A DNA stretch of 64,000 nt, from the IMG/VR virus record IMGVR_UViG_3300033121_001780; one strand, 5' to 3'. Origin of the DNA: an uncultured virus (IMG/VR IMGVR_UViG_3300033121_001780) (lineage: Duplodnaviria > Heunggongvirae > Uroviricota > Caudoviricetes). The notes beneath the pieces were generated by a model that was given only the letters and a program-made list of their open reading frames with translations, did not search any database and was not told where the DNA came from. The position numbers and the translations under genes are program-made. Shown in pieces: positions 9,931-19,071 of the stretch (its first letter is position 1; each line of letters opens with the position of its first letter).

Positions 9931-10254
9931 ATGGATATGCCATTACCCGTATTTACTGCAGGATCATCAGGATCTGTTGGACCATTATCTAATGGATTAA
10001 AAAAATCGTCAGTGGTCAATTCTGAATTGGTGATAAATATTCCAAAAATATTGGAACTAACAGAAGAAAAGAGATTGTTCATTGTCAAATTAATCAATAT
10101 GTATTTTGATTCCTTTAACGGAACATCGGGGCATATTGTGGCGGGTGGAATGAAATTAGATTCAATGTCTTCAAAAATACTAGAAGCAACATTAATTAGA
10201 TATTCCTATCTCATAAATGAGAGGGAGTCAAAAATAAACGATATTATAGAATGA
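9931..10254 (+). CDS. Hypothetical protein with C-terminal tag
   Basis: Ends NERESKINDIIE; ATG 9931 preferred over track start 9904, which lies in the terminator. Confidence 0.65.
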   Translation: MDMPLPVFTAGSSGSVGPLSNGLKKSSVVNSELVINIPKILELTEEKRLFIVKLINMYFDSFNGTSGHIVAGGMKLDSMSSKILEATLIRYSYLINERESKINDIIE

Positions 10255-11060
10255 TAAGTTGGATAGGAGGAAAGTCACAAATTTCCAAATGGATTATACC
10301 ATACATACCCACAGATATAGAAACCTATTGTGAGCCATTTTCAGGAGCATTTTGGGTCTATCTTAAAATGGATTTAGCTAGTTACCCCAACCTTAAAAAA
10401 ATTGTTTATAACGACTTTAATGACTATTTGGTGAATCTCTTTATGTCATCCAAAGATCATCAAAATTTTCATAAATTTTCTCTAGGATATAAGTCTCAGG
10501 ATAAAAATCTATTCTTAGATTTCCAAAGGAGGTTATTTACAGATAAAGAAGAGTATCAAATGCCAGATTTTGATAGGGCTGTAGGATTTGCATACTTAGC
10601 TACCCAAACATGGTCTGGAATATCTCCAAGCACTGGAAAATTTATAGATCTTAAGGGAAAATATAGGAGTAAGTTTGATACATTCAGAGATAAACTTAAG
10701 AATGATAAGTATACTCATAATCTTTCCAGAATAACAGATTTTGAGAATTTAGATTTCCAAGATGTTATTATCAAATATGATAATAAAGATGCCTTCTTTT
10801 ATATCGACGCCCCATACCATTTAACCGAACACTATTATTCAAATCATGAATTTGGTGGAGATGATCATGAGAGGTTAGCAAACTGCTTGAAATCCATCAA
10901 GGGTAGATTTGCAATGTCATATTACTACTTTGATAAATTAGAAAAATGGTTCCCAAAAAATGAATTTAAATGGGAGATTCAAGAATTCAATAAGGCTGCA
11001 ATGGCCACAAAGGGAAAATCCCAAACCAAGGGAATGGAAATATTAATAATGAATTATTAG
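10251..11060 (+). CDS. dam: Dam-like (D12 class) adenine DNA methyltransferase
   Basis: WIGGKS, YCEPFSG, YNDFN, FYIDAPY (DPPY variant). Confidence 0.85.
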   Translation: MISWIGGKSQISKWIIPYIPTDIETYCEPFSGAFWVYLKMDLASYPNLKKIVYNDFNDYLVNLFMSSKDHQNFHKFSLGYKSQDKNLFLDFQRRLFTDKEEYQMPDFDRAVGFAYLATQTWSGISPSTGKFIDLKGKYRSKFDTFRDKLKNDKYTHNLSRITDFENLDFQDVIIKYDNKDAFFYIDAPYHLTEHYYSNHEFGGDDHERLANCLKSIKGRFAMSYYYFDKLEKWFPKNEFKWEIQEFNKAAMATKGKSQTKGMEILIMNY

Positions 11061-11407
11061 TCTAAGTAGTCTAAGAGGTTGTCCAATCCGTCCTTTCTAT
11101 TTTTTAGAATTTTATATCTATCTTTAGTTTCATCATCCTTGCCCATATAATTTCCCCAATAGACTAAGGACCCATTCTCTAACTTATTCTTAGTGCATCT
11201 GTCACATATACCAATATACAAATAATATCCGTCCAGTATAGACCCATATCCAGCACTGATCGATGCAACCATCCCACCATCCCACGATTGCGTTTCCGGA
11301 TCCCATTTGGAATCTGGTATATTCTCAAGATTTAAAAGACCATCTAGTTTTATTTTAAATCCACACAAAACACAATCTATGGATCGAAATCTTGGCTTGG
11401 GATACAT
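11057..11407 (-). CDS. Hypothetical Zn-binding protein; degenerate C-terminal tag
   Basis: CVLC...ICDRC; ends RKDGLDNLLDYLD. Confidence 0.6.
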   Translation of the reverse strand: MYPKPRFRSIDCVLCGFKIKLDGLLNLENIPDSKWDPETQSWDGGMVASISAGYGSILDGYYLYIGICDRCTKNKLENGSLVYWGNYMGKDDETKDRYKILKNRKDGLDNLLDYLD

Positions 11408-11440
11408 ACAACTATTAAAAATTATTAGATATATAAATAT

Positions 11441-11692
11441 ATGAAAGAAAGTTTAATCAAAGATTACGTATCAGGAATAGATTTCAGAGGAAATTGGGGT
11501 CTTTCTAAAATGAAAGAGGATATGAAAAGATTTATAGGTGAAGAACCAGGAATTGACGTCATTTGGGAGAAAGACGCCGTTTTAAATGAAGACACCGATG
11601 AACCAGAAATAATTGAGAGGGTAAAGAAATTGATTATTGTTTTCACTGATACAGATGAAAAGTATAAAAAATTGGAATTTTTAATACACTAA
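11441..11692 (+). CDS. Hypothetical protein
   Basis: 83-aa ORF; GATATATA 5 nt before ATG. Confidence 0.65.
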   Translation: MKESLIKDYVSGIDFRGNWGLSKMKEDMKRFIGEEPGIDVIWEKDAVLNEDTDEPEIIERVKKLIIVFTDTDEKYKKLEFLIH

Positions 11693-11922
11693 TGGATTTG
11701 GAAAACTATTATCTTGATATATCCGAAGTTAGTAAACTTAGTGAAAATGATAGATCAACGATTTATGATTACTACAAAGAAATGCTATTTTGCCAAGAAG
11801 ATCAAAGAGAAATAGTTGCTAAATCATTATTCAATACTCTACTTAAAAACAAATTTCTTATTTCTATAAGAGAGGAAAAAATAGATGGTATTATAAATGG
11901 AGATAACTCCCTCGATAATTGA
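11692..11922 (+). CDS. Hypothetical protein with C-terminal tag
   Basis: Ends SIREEKIDGIINGDNSLDN. Confidence 0.65.
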   Translation: MDLENYYLDISEVSKLSENDRSTIYDYYKEMLFCQEDQREIVAKSLFNTLLKNKFLISIREEKIDGIINGDNSLDN

Positions 11923-12169
11923 TTATTTAGGTAAATATGAGGGTGGCATTTTCGTGAAAATTGGACTAATGTGGCATGAAAAGTATTACGATGCCATGTT
12001 TTATTATACAGGAGATAAAATGATCTTGACTGTGGATGAGCCCATGATAAAAGAAATGGGCGCATTCATAGAAGAGCATCCAGAATATTTAGATCTTATG
12101 AAATCCATCATATCATCAGTGGAACCTTTTGAAAAAATATTTGATAAGTTAGATGATATCAATATTTAG
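11897..12169 (+). CDS. Hypothetical protein
   Basis: 90-aa ORF coupled to the previous gene. Confidence 0.65.
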   Translation: MEITPSIIDYLGKYEGGIFVKIGLMWHEKYYDAMFYYTGDKMILTVDEPMIKEMGAFIEEHPEYLDLMKSIISSVEPFEKIFDKLDDINI

Positions 12170-12590
12170 ACTTTCTTTTCATTATACATCCAATGTTTCC
12201 ATATATGTCACCACATATCCATTCTAATTTATGCTCCAATATTCCACCTGGTCCCAACTTACTTCTCCACAATTCTCCAAATTGCCTACACGAATGGGTG
12301 ACATTATTGTTTTTATTAACATATAGAGCAATTTTATCATATCTTTCTTCCAATGAATCATCTTCACACATATTGTATCCATGTAAATTAAAATATTTGA
12401 TGTAATTTTCTAATGATGGAGATCTATCAATTTTGTCATGTGGCCAATTTTTCTGAGACGATCCACACCACTCATCGTAGATTTCCAGAGAATAAGCATG
12501 ATAATTATACTTTATTGATTCTGATTTTTTTAGTACTCTGAATTCTTTGCCGATTAAATTTGGAAAATCTGATTCTATATCATTTGACAT
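12159..12590 (-). CDS. Hypothetical protein, possible papain-like toxin-type fold
   Basis: FPNL...YNYHAY...THSCRQ..WRSKLG..LEH pattern recalls a bacterial family usually paired with the upstream protein. Confidence 0.45.
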   Translation of the reverse strand: MSNDIESDFPNLIGKEFRVLKKSESIKYNYHAYSLEIYDEWCGSSQKNWPHDKIDRSPSLENYIKYFNLHGYNMCEDDSLEERYDKIALYVNKNNNVTHSCRQFGELWRSKLGPGGILEHKLEWICGDIYGNIGCIMKRKSKY

Positions 12591-12885
12591 TCTCCAATGC
12601 CCATTTTTTCCAATTTGATATCAATTTCTCTGACTTGGTATCGTCAAAAACATTTCCAGTTATTTCTTCTAAGGCACTTATCCAGAACATAGCTGTATTA
12701 CTGCTTAATTTTTCCACTAAAAAAGGAAGGCTTTCTTTCCCAAATTCAACTATTTTTCTATACGATTTATGGTTCGAAACATATCCCGTGTCTGATAGAT
12801 ACTTGCAGTCCACTTCAACATCATTTATCAAATTTGATATTTCAATGTTTGATACAAATTCGTTTAATTTTTTAATATAGTTCAT
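12580..12885 (-). CDS. Helical hypothetical protein with N-terminal tag
   Basis: Starts MNYIKKLNEF; HKSYRKIVEFGKESLPFLV..WISALEEITG; AATATATA 4 nt before ATG. Confidence 0.65.
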   Translation of the reverse strand: MNYIKKLNEFVSNIEISNLINDVEVDCKYLSDTGYVSNHKSYRKIVEFGKESLPFLVEKLSSNTAMFWISALEEITGNVFDDTKSEKLISNWKKWALENVK

Positions 12886-13094
12886 ATTCTATATATTGAT
12901 TTTCTATCCATCCAAAATACAATATAAACTATGAAAACTAAAATAGATTTAAAAAAGGCAGCTGATGTAATGGGATTGGATCTAACTAAAAATTTACCAA
13001 ATAGAATTGATTGGTTTTCTTTCACTGTGAATTAACTTAAGTAATCCAAACAAGATAGTAAAAAATCCATATAAAAGAAAAGAATTTTTCTTGA

Positions 13095-13394
13095 ATGTTT
13101 ATAAAGGAAATTGGTATTCGTGGATTCAAATCTTATGGAAATAATGAGCAGATTTTAAAACTGAATGAAGAGAAAGGAGATCTGATACTCCTAGTTGGTG
13201 AGAATGGTGCTGGAAAATCTGTGATAAAAGAAACTATTATTGAAATAGAATTTGATATAAATTCTCTGAACTTAAAAGATTTTAATAGTTTTTTAGAGAT
13301 AATGGGTAGGGAAAGAATATTTATTGAACATATAAAAGAAAATAATCGCTTTTTATATGAGCAATATATCAATCAATCAGAATTGGATCAATGA
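13095..13394 (+). CDS. gp46/SbcC(Rad50)-like ATPase N-extein (41 aa) + split intein N-part
   Basis: IGIRGFKSYGN, Walker A GENGAGK, then SVIKETIIEI (intein block A). Confidence 0.85.
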   Translation: MFIKEIGIRGFKSYGNNEQILKLNEEKGDLILLVGENGAGKSVIKETIIEIEFDINSLNLKDFNSFLEIMGRERIFIEHIKENNRFLYEQYINQSELDQ

Positions 13395-15253
13395 TTATCT
13401 TATAGATTTTCACCCTCTTAAAAAAGAAGAAATATTGAAAATTATTGAAAAAGAGAATTTTGATAGGGCTCCAAAGTCGTTTATTGGGCAAATAAAAAGA
13501 ATTATATCTATGCCAAAAATCGGCAAAAGCACAATAAGGTATTGGATTTCTCGTGGTTGGTCAGAAGAGGATTCAAAATTAAAAAGGAAAATAGTCAAAA
13601 GAGATCCAAAGAAATCTCCCATGAATATAGAATTTTGGATAAATAAAGGATTTACCAAAGAGCAATCAGAATTTGAAGTCAAATCTCAAAGGAAATTAAA
13701 TAAGGAATATTGGATAAAAAGGGGATTCTCACTAGACGAATCAATTATAAAATGTTCCGAATTTCAAAAATCCAATAGTAAAAAGTATTTGGAAAAATTA
13801 AATTCGAATATTGAATTCAAAGAAAGAGTTGATCGAAAAAGAACAAACAATATAAATTATTGGTTAGATAAAGGATACAATAAAGAGGATTCAATAAAAA
13901 AGGTATCAGAAAGACAATCTACGTTTTCTCTAAAAAAATGTATTGATACTCATGGAGAGTTATTAGGCACGGAAATATGGAAAAATAGACAAGAAAAATG
14001 GAAAAATTCTTTGTCTATTTCTTCTTATAATCTAAAGGATAGAAAGGATTCAAAATCAATATCCCATTTTAAATCTAAATATGGAAATGATTGGGTTGAA
14101 AAATATATACTTAATCAATCTTTTGTTGAAAAAGATGATATTAGATATTTAATATCATTTACCAACTATCAAAATATGATAATTAATTTAATTGGAAGCA
14201 ATTTTAAGCTTGGTGATATTCATTATCGAATAAAATATGAAATAGTTAAAGATGTATATTCTTGCGCTTTAAGTGATATGTATTCATTTTTAATAGAAAA
14301 TTTCGAAAATGATTATAACAAACCATCCTACTATAAAAGAGCATATGGAAATGATTGGGTGGAGAGATTTATAGAAAAGAATACATATAAGGATAAAGAT
14401 GATGTTAGATTATTGCTATCATTTAAGTCTTATAGAGATTTGGTTGATTATTTAATTGGCAATTATTCTATTACAAATACCGTATTAAAATTACAAAATG
14501 TGATAGTTTCTTCATATTATGAGACAACATATGAAGAGATTTTTAATTACATGATGTCATCAAATCCATATATGAATGGCAAATTTGGATATATGAGATA
14601 TTTCAATAATCATTTATGTAGAAGTAGTGGAGAATTTGAAATATCTAAATTTTTACAATCGAATAATATATCGTACTCTTACGAGAAGAAATATCCAAAT
14701 TCCAATAAAAGATGTGATTTCTATCTAACAAATATTGATATGTACATAGAATATTTGGGAATGTCATCTACATTAAAATTTAGAGAAAAATATAATGAAA
14801 AAGAGAAATTTTGCATTGATCAAAAGATCAATCACTTTTTTTCGGATAAAATTGAAGATATTAAAAATAAAGTAACAGAATTATATGAAATTTAAAGTAA
14901 ATTTAGAAAAACTTTCACTATTACAGAATAAAATTTCTATTATTGACAGGGGAATTAAAGTAAAATCTGCAAATGGATGGAAGAAAATAAAAAATATTGG
15001 CATAACATCCCCCAATTCTGAAAAAATAATTATAAAAACAGAAAACTTTGAATTGATTGGATCACCCTTACACAAAGTTAAATTTTCGAATAAATGGAAC
15101 TTTTTGAAAGATTTACTTGTAGGAGATTATGTTGATACCATTTATGGAAGTCAAAAATTGATATCAGTTGAATGTGATAATATTAAAGAAGATTTGTGGG
15201 ATATTGAAGTAGATGGAGAGGAATATTATTCTAACGGAATACTGAGTCATAAT
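13218..15253 (+). mobile_element. Split intein (IntN 13218-13391; IntC 14885-15253) with intervening free-standing endonuclease ('fractured gene')
   Basis: Block A at Ser42, block B GSPLHKV, blocks F/G LWDIEVDGEEYYSNGILSHN|S; splicing restores GENGAGK-SSLLSSFDYTLYGK. Confidence 0.85.
13357..14895 (+). CDS. Putative homing endonuclease: Wxx[RK]G repeats + C-terminal PD-(D/E)xK/Vsr-like nuclease
   Basis: YWISRGWSEED, FWINKGFTKEQ, YWIKRGFSLDE, YWLDKGYNKED; RSSGEFEI...YEKKY..RCDFYL..MYIEYLG. Confidence 0.7.
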   Translation: MSNISINQNWINDYLIDFHPLKKEEILKIIEKENFDRAPKSFIGQIKRIISMPKIGKSTIRYWISRGWSEEDSKLKRKIVKRDPKKSPMNIEFWINKGFTKEQSEFEVKSQRKLNKEYWIKRGFSLDESIIKCSEFQKSNSKKYLEKLNSNIEFKERVDRKRTNNINYWLDKGYNKEDSIKKVSERQSTFSLKKCIDTHGELLGTEIWKNRQEKWKNSLSISSYNLKDRKDSKSISHFKSKYGNDWVEKYILNQSFVEKDDIRYLISFTNYQNMIINLIGSNFKLGDIHYRIKYEIVKDVYSCALSDMYSFLIENFENDYNKPSYYKRAYGNDWVERFIEKNTYKDKDDVRLLLSFKSYRDLVDYLIGNYSITNTVLKLQNVIVSSYYETTYEEIFNYMMSSNPYMNGKFGYMRYFNNHLCRSSGEFEISKFLQSNNISYSYEKKYPNSNKRCDFYLTNIDMYIEYLGMSSTLKFREKYNEKEKFCIDQKINHFFSDKIEDIKNKVTELYEI

Positions 15254-16831
15254 TCTTCCCTTTTATCTAGTTTTGATTATACACTTTATGGTAAAGTTAA
15301 AGGAATGAAGAAGAAATGGACTACTCTTTCAACTCTTCCGAATAGAATCAATGGAGAACTCTTAAATAGAATTAGATTCCAATCCAATTCAACTGATGTG
15401 GAAGTCAAGCGTGGGATAAATCCGAATATATTAGAATTATGGGAAAATGGTATTCTTAATGAGAGAGCTGGGAAAGTAAATCTTGATGAGAAAATTGAGG
15501 ATTACATTGGAATGGATATAGATACATTTAAATCATTTATTTCCTTAAGTATAAACGACTTCAAAAACTTTATTTCACTAACTAACGAAGAAAAGCAAAT
15601 TCTTCTAGATAAGCTATTCAATCTTGAGGTTATTAATATTTTGAATAATATTCTAAAGGAATTAAACAAGAATAATAAGATCAGAATGGCCTCCCTCGAT
15701 TCTGAGATTCTAACTCTTTCTGAATCTATTGACTCTATTCAAAAATCAATTGATAAATCAATTGAGAAAGAGAAGGAAAATATTCAAGTAGAGATTGATA
15801 AAATTAAAGAGGATATGGATTCAAAAAAAGAAGATTACATATCTATTAAAGACAAGATTGATAAGATTTCTCTAAAAAAAGATGAATTAGACAAAGAAAT
15901 TGAAACTGAGAAAAAACAATATATTATTCTACAAACAGATATAAAGGGAGTTCAAAAAGACATTGATTTATATGATTCTGGAAAATGCCCAACATGCCAA
16001 ACTGACTTCATATCAGATCATTTTGTGTCTTTACGTCAAAGTCTAGTTGATAAAAAGACTGGAATGGAGAAAATTAAGATTGAGCTGGAATCAAATATAA
16101 AATCTATAAGAGAAAAGCAGATAAAATTGCAAGAAATATCAGATAAGGCAACCAAAACTTATAATGATCTTAACTATTTTTTAAAAAATTGTAAAGCTCA
16201 AATAGATAAGCTAAATATGAAAAAGAAAAGTGATGAAGTTGGAAATGAATCACAAAACATCGTAGAGTTCAAAAATACGATTGATTCCCTAAAAGAGAAG
16301 AAAGTATTATCCGAAGATAATCTATCCATTTCCAAGAATAAAGAACTATTCTATAAAGAACTAAATAAAATATTTGGAGAAGAAGGTGTCAAAAAATCAA
16401 TTATATCTAGCATTATTAAACCAATAAATCACTTCGTTGCAGATAATGTTAAAAAGATGGGTCTTCAATTTGAGGTAGTATTGGATGAGACGTTCGCGGC
16501 TCAAATAAAACATTTAGGATCTGTAATTGATCATGAGACTTTAAGCACAGGAGAAACCAGAAGAGTTAATATCTCGATTCTAATAGCCTATTTGAAATTA
16601 ATTAGAACAAAGAAGTTCATCAACATTCTCTTTCTAGATGAGATATTCTCATCGATTGATTATTTGGGAGTTGAAGATATTTTAAGGTTATTAAAATCCT
16701 TTGCTTCGGAATATAAGATAAATATATTTGTAGTTCATCATGCCATTATGAATGAGGAGATTTTTGATAGAATAATCAGAATAAACAAAGACGTGTTCTC
16801 AAATATAGAAGAGGTAGAAATCCATGTCTAA
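14885..16831 (+). CDS. Split intein C-part (123 aa) + gp46/SbcC C-extein
   Basis: HN|S junction, coiled coils, Zn-hook CPTC, signature LSTGE, Walker B LFLDE, H-loop VVHH. Confidence 0.9.
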   Translation: MKFKVNLEKLSLLQNKISIIDRGIKVKSANGWKKIKNIGITSPNSEKIIIKTENFELIGSPLHKVKFSNKWNFLKDLLVGDYVDTIYGSQKLISVECDNIKEDLWDIEVDGEEYYSNGILSHNSSLLSSFDYTLYGKVKGMKKKWTTLSTLPNRINGELLNRIRFQSNSTDVEVKRGINPNILELWENGILNERAGKVNLDEKIEDYIGMDIDTFKSFISLSINDFKNFISLTNEEKQILLDKLFNLEVINILNNILKELNKNNKIRMASLDSEILTLSESIDSIQKSIDKSIEKEKENIQVEIDKIKEDMDSKKEDYISIKDKIDKISLKKDELDKEIETEKKQYIILQTDIKGVQKDIDLYDSGKCPTCQTDFISDHFVSLRQSLVDKKTGMEKIKIELESNIKSIREKQIKLQEISDKATKTYNDLNYFLKNCKAQIDKLNMKKKSDEVGNESQNIVEFKNTIDSLKEKKVLSEDNLSISKNKELFYKELNKIFGEEGVKKSIISSIIKPINHFVADNVKKMGLQFEVVLDETFAAQIKHLGSVIDHETLSTGETRRVNISILIAYLKLIRTKKFINILFLDEIFSSIDYLGVEDILRLLKSFASEYKINIFVVHHAIMNEEIFDRIIRINKDVFSNIEEVEIHV

Positions 16832-17129
16832 AATCATATTAAAATATCCAAATGATGGAAATCATATTCCGGGAGAATCAATTCTTTTGAAATTTGATTG
16901 GGATAAATGCATGGGCGCATATGAGTACGGAAGCAATATTAAGCCTATTAATCCATGGGATATTCGGCAAAATCCTATTTATAAACCAATAATAGATTCT
17001 ATTAAAAAATATGATAAATTGAATATACCAGCTATCTACCATTCGGATTTAGATGAACTATCTAGTGCCTTTATTATAGATACAATAGAAATAGAAAGGC
17101 ATCTGAAGCTCCAAAAACTGGATATATAA
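16824..17129 (+). CDS. Hypothetical protein with C-terminal tag
   Basis: Ends IERHLKLQKLDI. Confidence 0.65.
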   Translation: MSKIILKYPNDGNHIPGESILLKFDWDKCMGAYEYGSNIKPINPWDIRQNPIYKPIIDSIKKYDKLNIPAIYHSDLDELSSAFIIDTIEIERHLKLQKLDI

Positions 17130-17145
17130 AAATAAAATAGAAATC

Positions 17146-17448
17146 ATGTTAAGCAATCTAACAACAACCAAGTCTACTATAGGCATAGACTACTATACTC
17201 AATGGTCTATAAGCAACCAACCAATTTGGATTAATTATCCGAATACTGTACCAAGCACAGCTCAAAATCCAGCATATGTAGACAGCTACACTACTCAATT
17301 ATCTTTGGATCAAGACACAATTGAATTTCTAGAAATGGTTCTATTGGCCATGGGAGTTGACATGAGCTACAGTCAATTTTTGATCTTATCTCCGTCAGAA
17401 AGAAAATCCCTAATTAGAAATATTAAAATAAGCAATATAACAAAATGA
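17146..17448 (+). CDS. Hypothetical protein with C-terminal tag
   Basis: Ends LIRNIKISNITK. Confidence 0.65.
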   Translation: MLSNLTTTKSTIGIDYYTQWSISNQPIWINYPNTVPSTAQNPAYVDSYTTQLSLDQDTIEFLEMVLLAMGVDMSYSQFLILSPSERKSLIRNIKISNITK

Positions 17449-17642
17449 TTATCATTGAGGTTGAAAACAAGGGATCGTCATCTATTGATAAAGCTCTTCG
17501 AAAGCTTAAAAAGAAAGTCGAAAATACGAAGATGATGAAGCAACTTCGTGAACGAAAGGAATACAAAAAGCCATCACAGAAAAAGAGAGAGACTAAAAGG
17601 AAGGCAATTTATGTAAAGGAAAAGTATGGAGATAAAGATTGA
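17445..17642 (+). CDS. rpsU: Ribosomal protein bS21 homologue
   Basis: IDKALRKLKKK...LRERKEYKKPSQKKR, 65 aa. Confidence 0.9.
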   Translation: MIIIEVENKGSSSIDKALRKLKKKVENTKMMKQLRERKEYKKPSQKKRETKRKAIYVKEKYGDKD

Positions 17643-17934
17643 TTCTATACGAAACGATAATATCTCCATTGAGATTATGTTTACCACGGTGGCCCAGTGT
17701 GTTTTTGCGACCGTATTTGAAAAATCTTATCCCGAAGAAAAGGAATCAATAATAAAGAAATATTCAAAAATAGTTGAATCTATTGTCAAGTCGTTCGCAT
17801 TTGAACACAATAGTCCACAGGTGAGAGAAATGATGAAATCTCTAATAGAAAATGCAGTTATTAGTGAGGTTACCAAGGATATTCGAGATTATAAAATCAG
17901 ATATATTTTAGATGGGCAGAAGAATTCTAAGTAA
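17626..17934 (+). CDS. Hypothetical protein with C-terminal tag
   Basis: Ends DIRDYKIRYILDGQKNSK. Confidence 0.65.
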   Translation: MEIKIDSIRNDNISIEIMFTTVAQCVFATVFEKSYPEEKESIIKKYSKIVESIVKSFAFEHNSPQVREMMKSLIENAVISEVTKDIRDYKIRYILDGQKNSK

Positions 17935-18361
17935 GGAAATTATCCTTTCTTCCCATTGGGAATCTATTAAGGGAATATCTAGTGCAGATGCATTTATTAT
18001 AAAAGATGAATGGTCGAGTCTATTTATGAAACATCTCCAAAGTATTGATAAATACCAAAACACAAGATTAATTGCTATTAATGATTATGGAAAAGATAAA
18101 GGAGTACAAGACTATGATTACAATCCACAATTATTACATATAAGTAACGTAATTATTAATCTAAATTTGAATCCTAGTTTAATCGACTATTATCTAGCGA
18201 AGAAAATTCTAAATGATTCCTTTGAGATAGATAGTACTTCTAAATTGGGAAGCATAAATCTCAGACAATATCTTGAAATGAGAAATAATCTAGTATCAAA
18301 ATTAGACAGTGATATTTTAGTGGAAAAAAGATGTGAAAAAATATCCCGGATTATTCAATGA
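17912..18361 (+). CDS. Hypothetical protein with C-terminal tag
   Basis: Ends EKRCEKISRIIQ. Confidence 0.65.
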   Translation: MGRRILSKEIILSSHWESIKGISSADAFIIKDEWSSLFMKHLQSIDKYQNTRLIAINDYGKDKGVQDYDYNPQLLHISNVIINLNLNPSLIDYYLAKKILNDSFEIDSTSKLGSINLRQYLEMRNNLVSKLDSDILVEKRCEKISRIIQ

Positions 18362-19071
18362 ATATAATTAAGAATTATTATAAGATATTGGGAGTTAATC
18401 ACGAATCAAGTGAAAGGGAAATCAAAAAAGCCTATTATAGATTATCATTTATTTATCACCCCGATAAAAATGGAAATGAAGTTGTATTTAATGAAATAAC
18501 AGAGGCATATGATGTTTTATGTAATTTGGATATTAGAAAAGATTATGATAAAAGGAGTAGATTTGGAAAGGATTATGATGAAATTCAAGAATTATTCAGT
18601 GTTGATTTTGAATTTGATTGGGACAAACATAATTTGAACTATGAAAATTTTAAAAAGAACGATATTTTAGATATTATTAAATCCGTTGATGAATCATTTG
18701 ATGGAAATCTAGAATTTGAAAGGTGGGTTGTTTGTAATGATTGCCAAGGCACAGGAAAGGATCTTAAATCTAAAATTCAAATTAAAGATGAAAGCGGAAC
18801 TATTATAGGACTTTTTGATTCGGAAGATGGATGTGATTTTTGTGAAGGAACTGGAAAAGATTATATGGATGGTAGATGTGGATTTTGCAATGGACAAGGG
18901 AAAGTAGGAGCTGCTAATTGCCAAAAATGCAGAGGAGAAAAAAGAATACTTGGAAACCAAAAGGTCTCAAAAATCAAACTAACTGGCAATATAACAAGAA
19001 TTAAAAGTATGGGCCATTTCTCGAAAACTGGAGAGACGGGAGATTTGATTATAAAAAAAGAGACTATTTAA
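18358..19071 (+). CDS. dnaJ: DnaJ-like co-chaperone (J domain + Zn finger, short C-terminus)
   Basis: NYYKILGV, HPD, CxxCxGxG repeats. Confidence 0.85.
   Translation: MNIIKNYYKILGVNHESSEREIKKAYYRLSFIYHPDKNGNEVVFNEITEAYDVLCNLDIRKDYDKRSRFGKDYDEIQELFSVDFEFDWDKHNLNYENFKKNDILDIIKSVDESFDGNLEFERWVVCNDCQGTGKDLKSKIQIKDESGTIIGLFDSEDGCDFCEGTGKDYMDGRCGFCNGQGKVGAANCQKCRGEKRILGNQKVSKIKLTGNITRIKSMGHFSKTGETGDLIIKKETI

Noticed and set aside
13357..14895. Group I intron carrying the endonuclease
   Set aside because: The ORF overlaps both flanking gene halves, leaving no non-coding room for a ribozyme core, and the intein blocks explain the rejoining.
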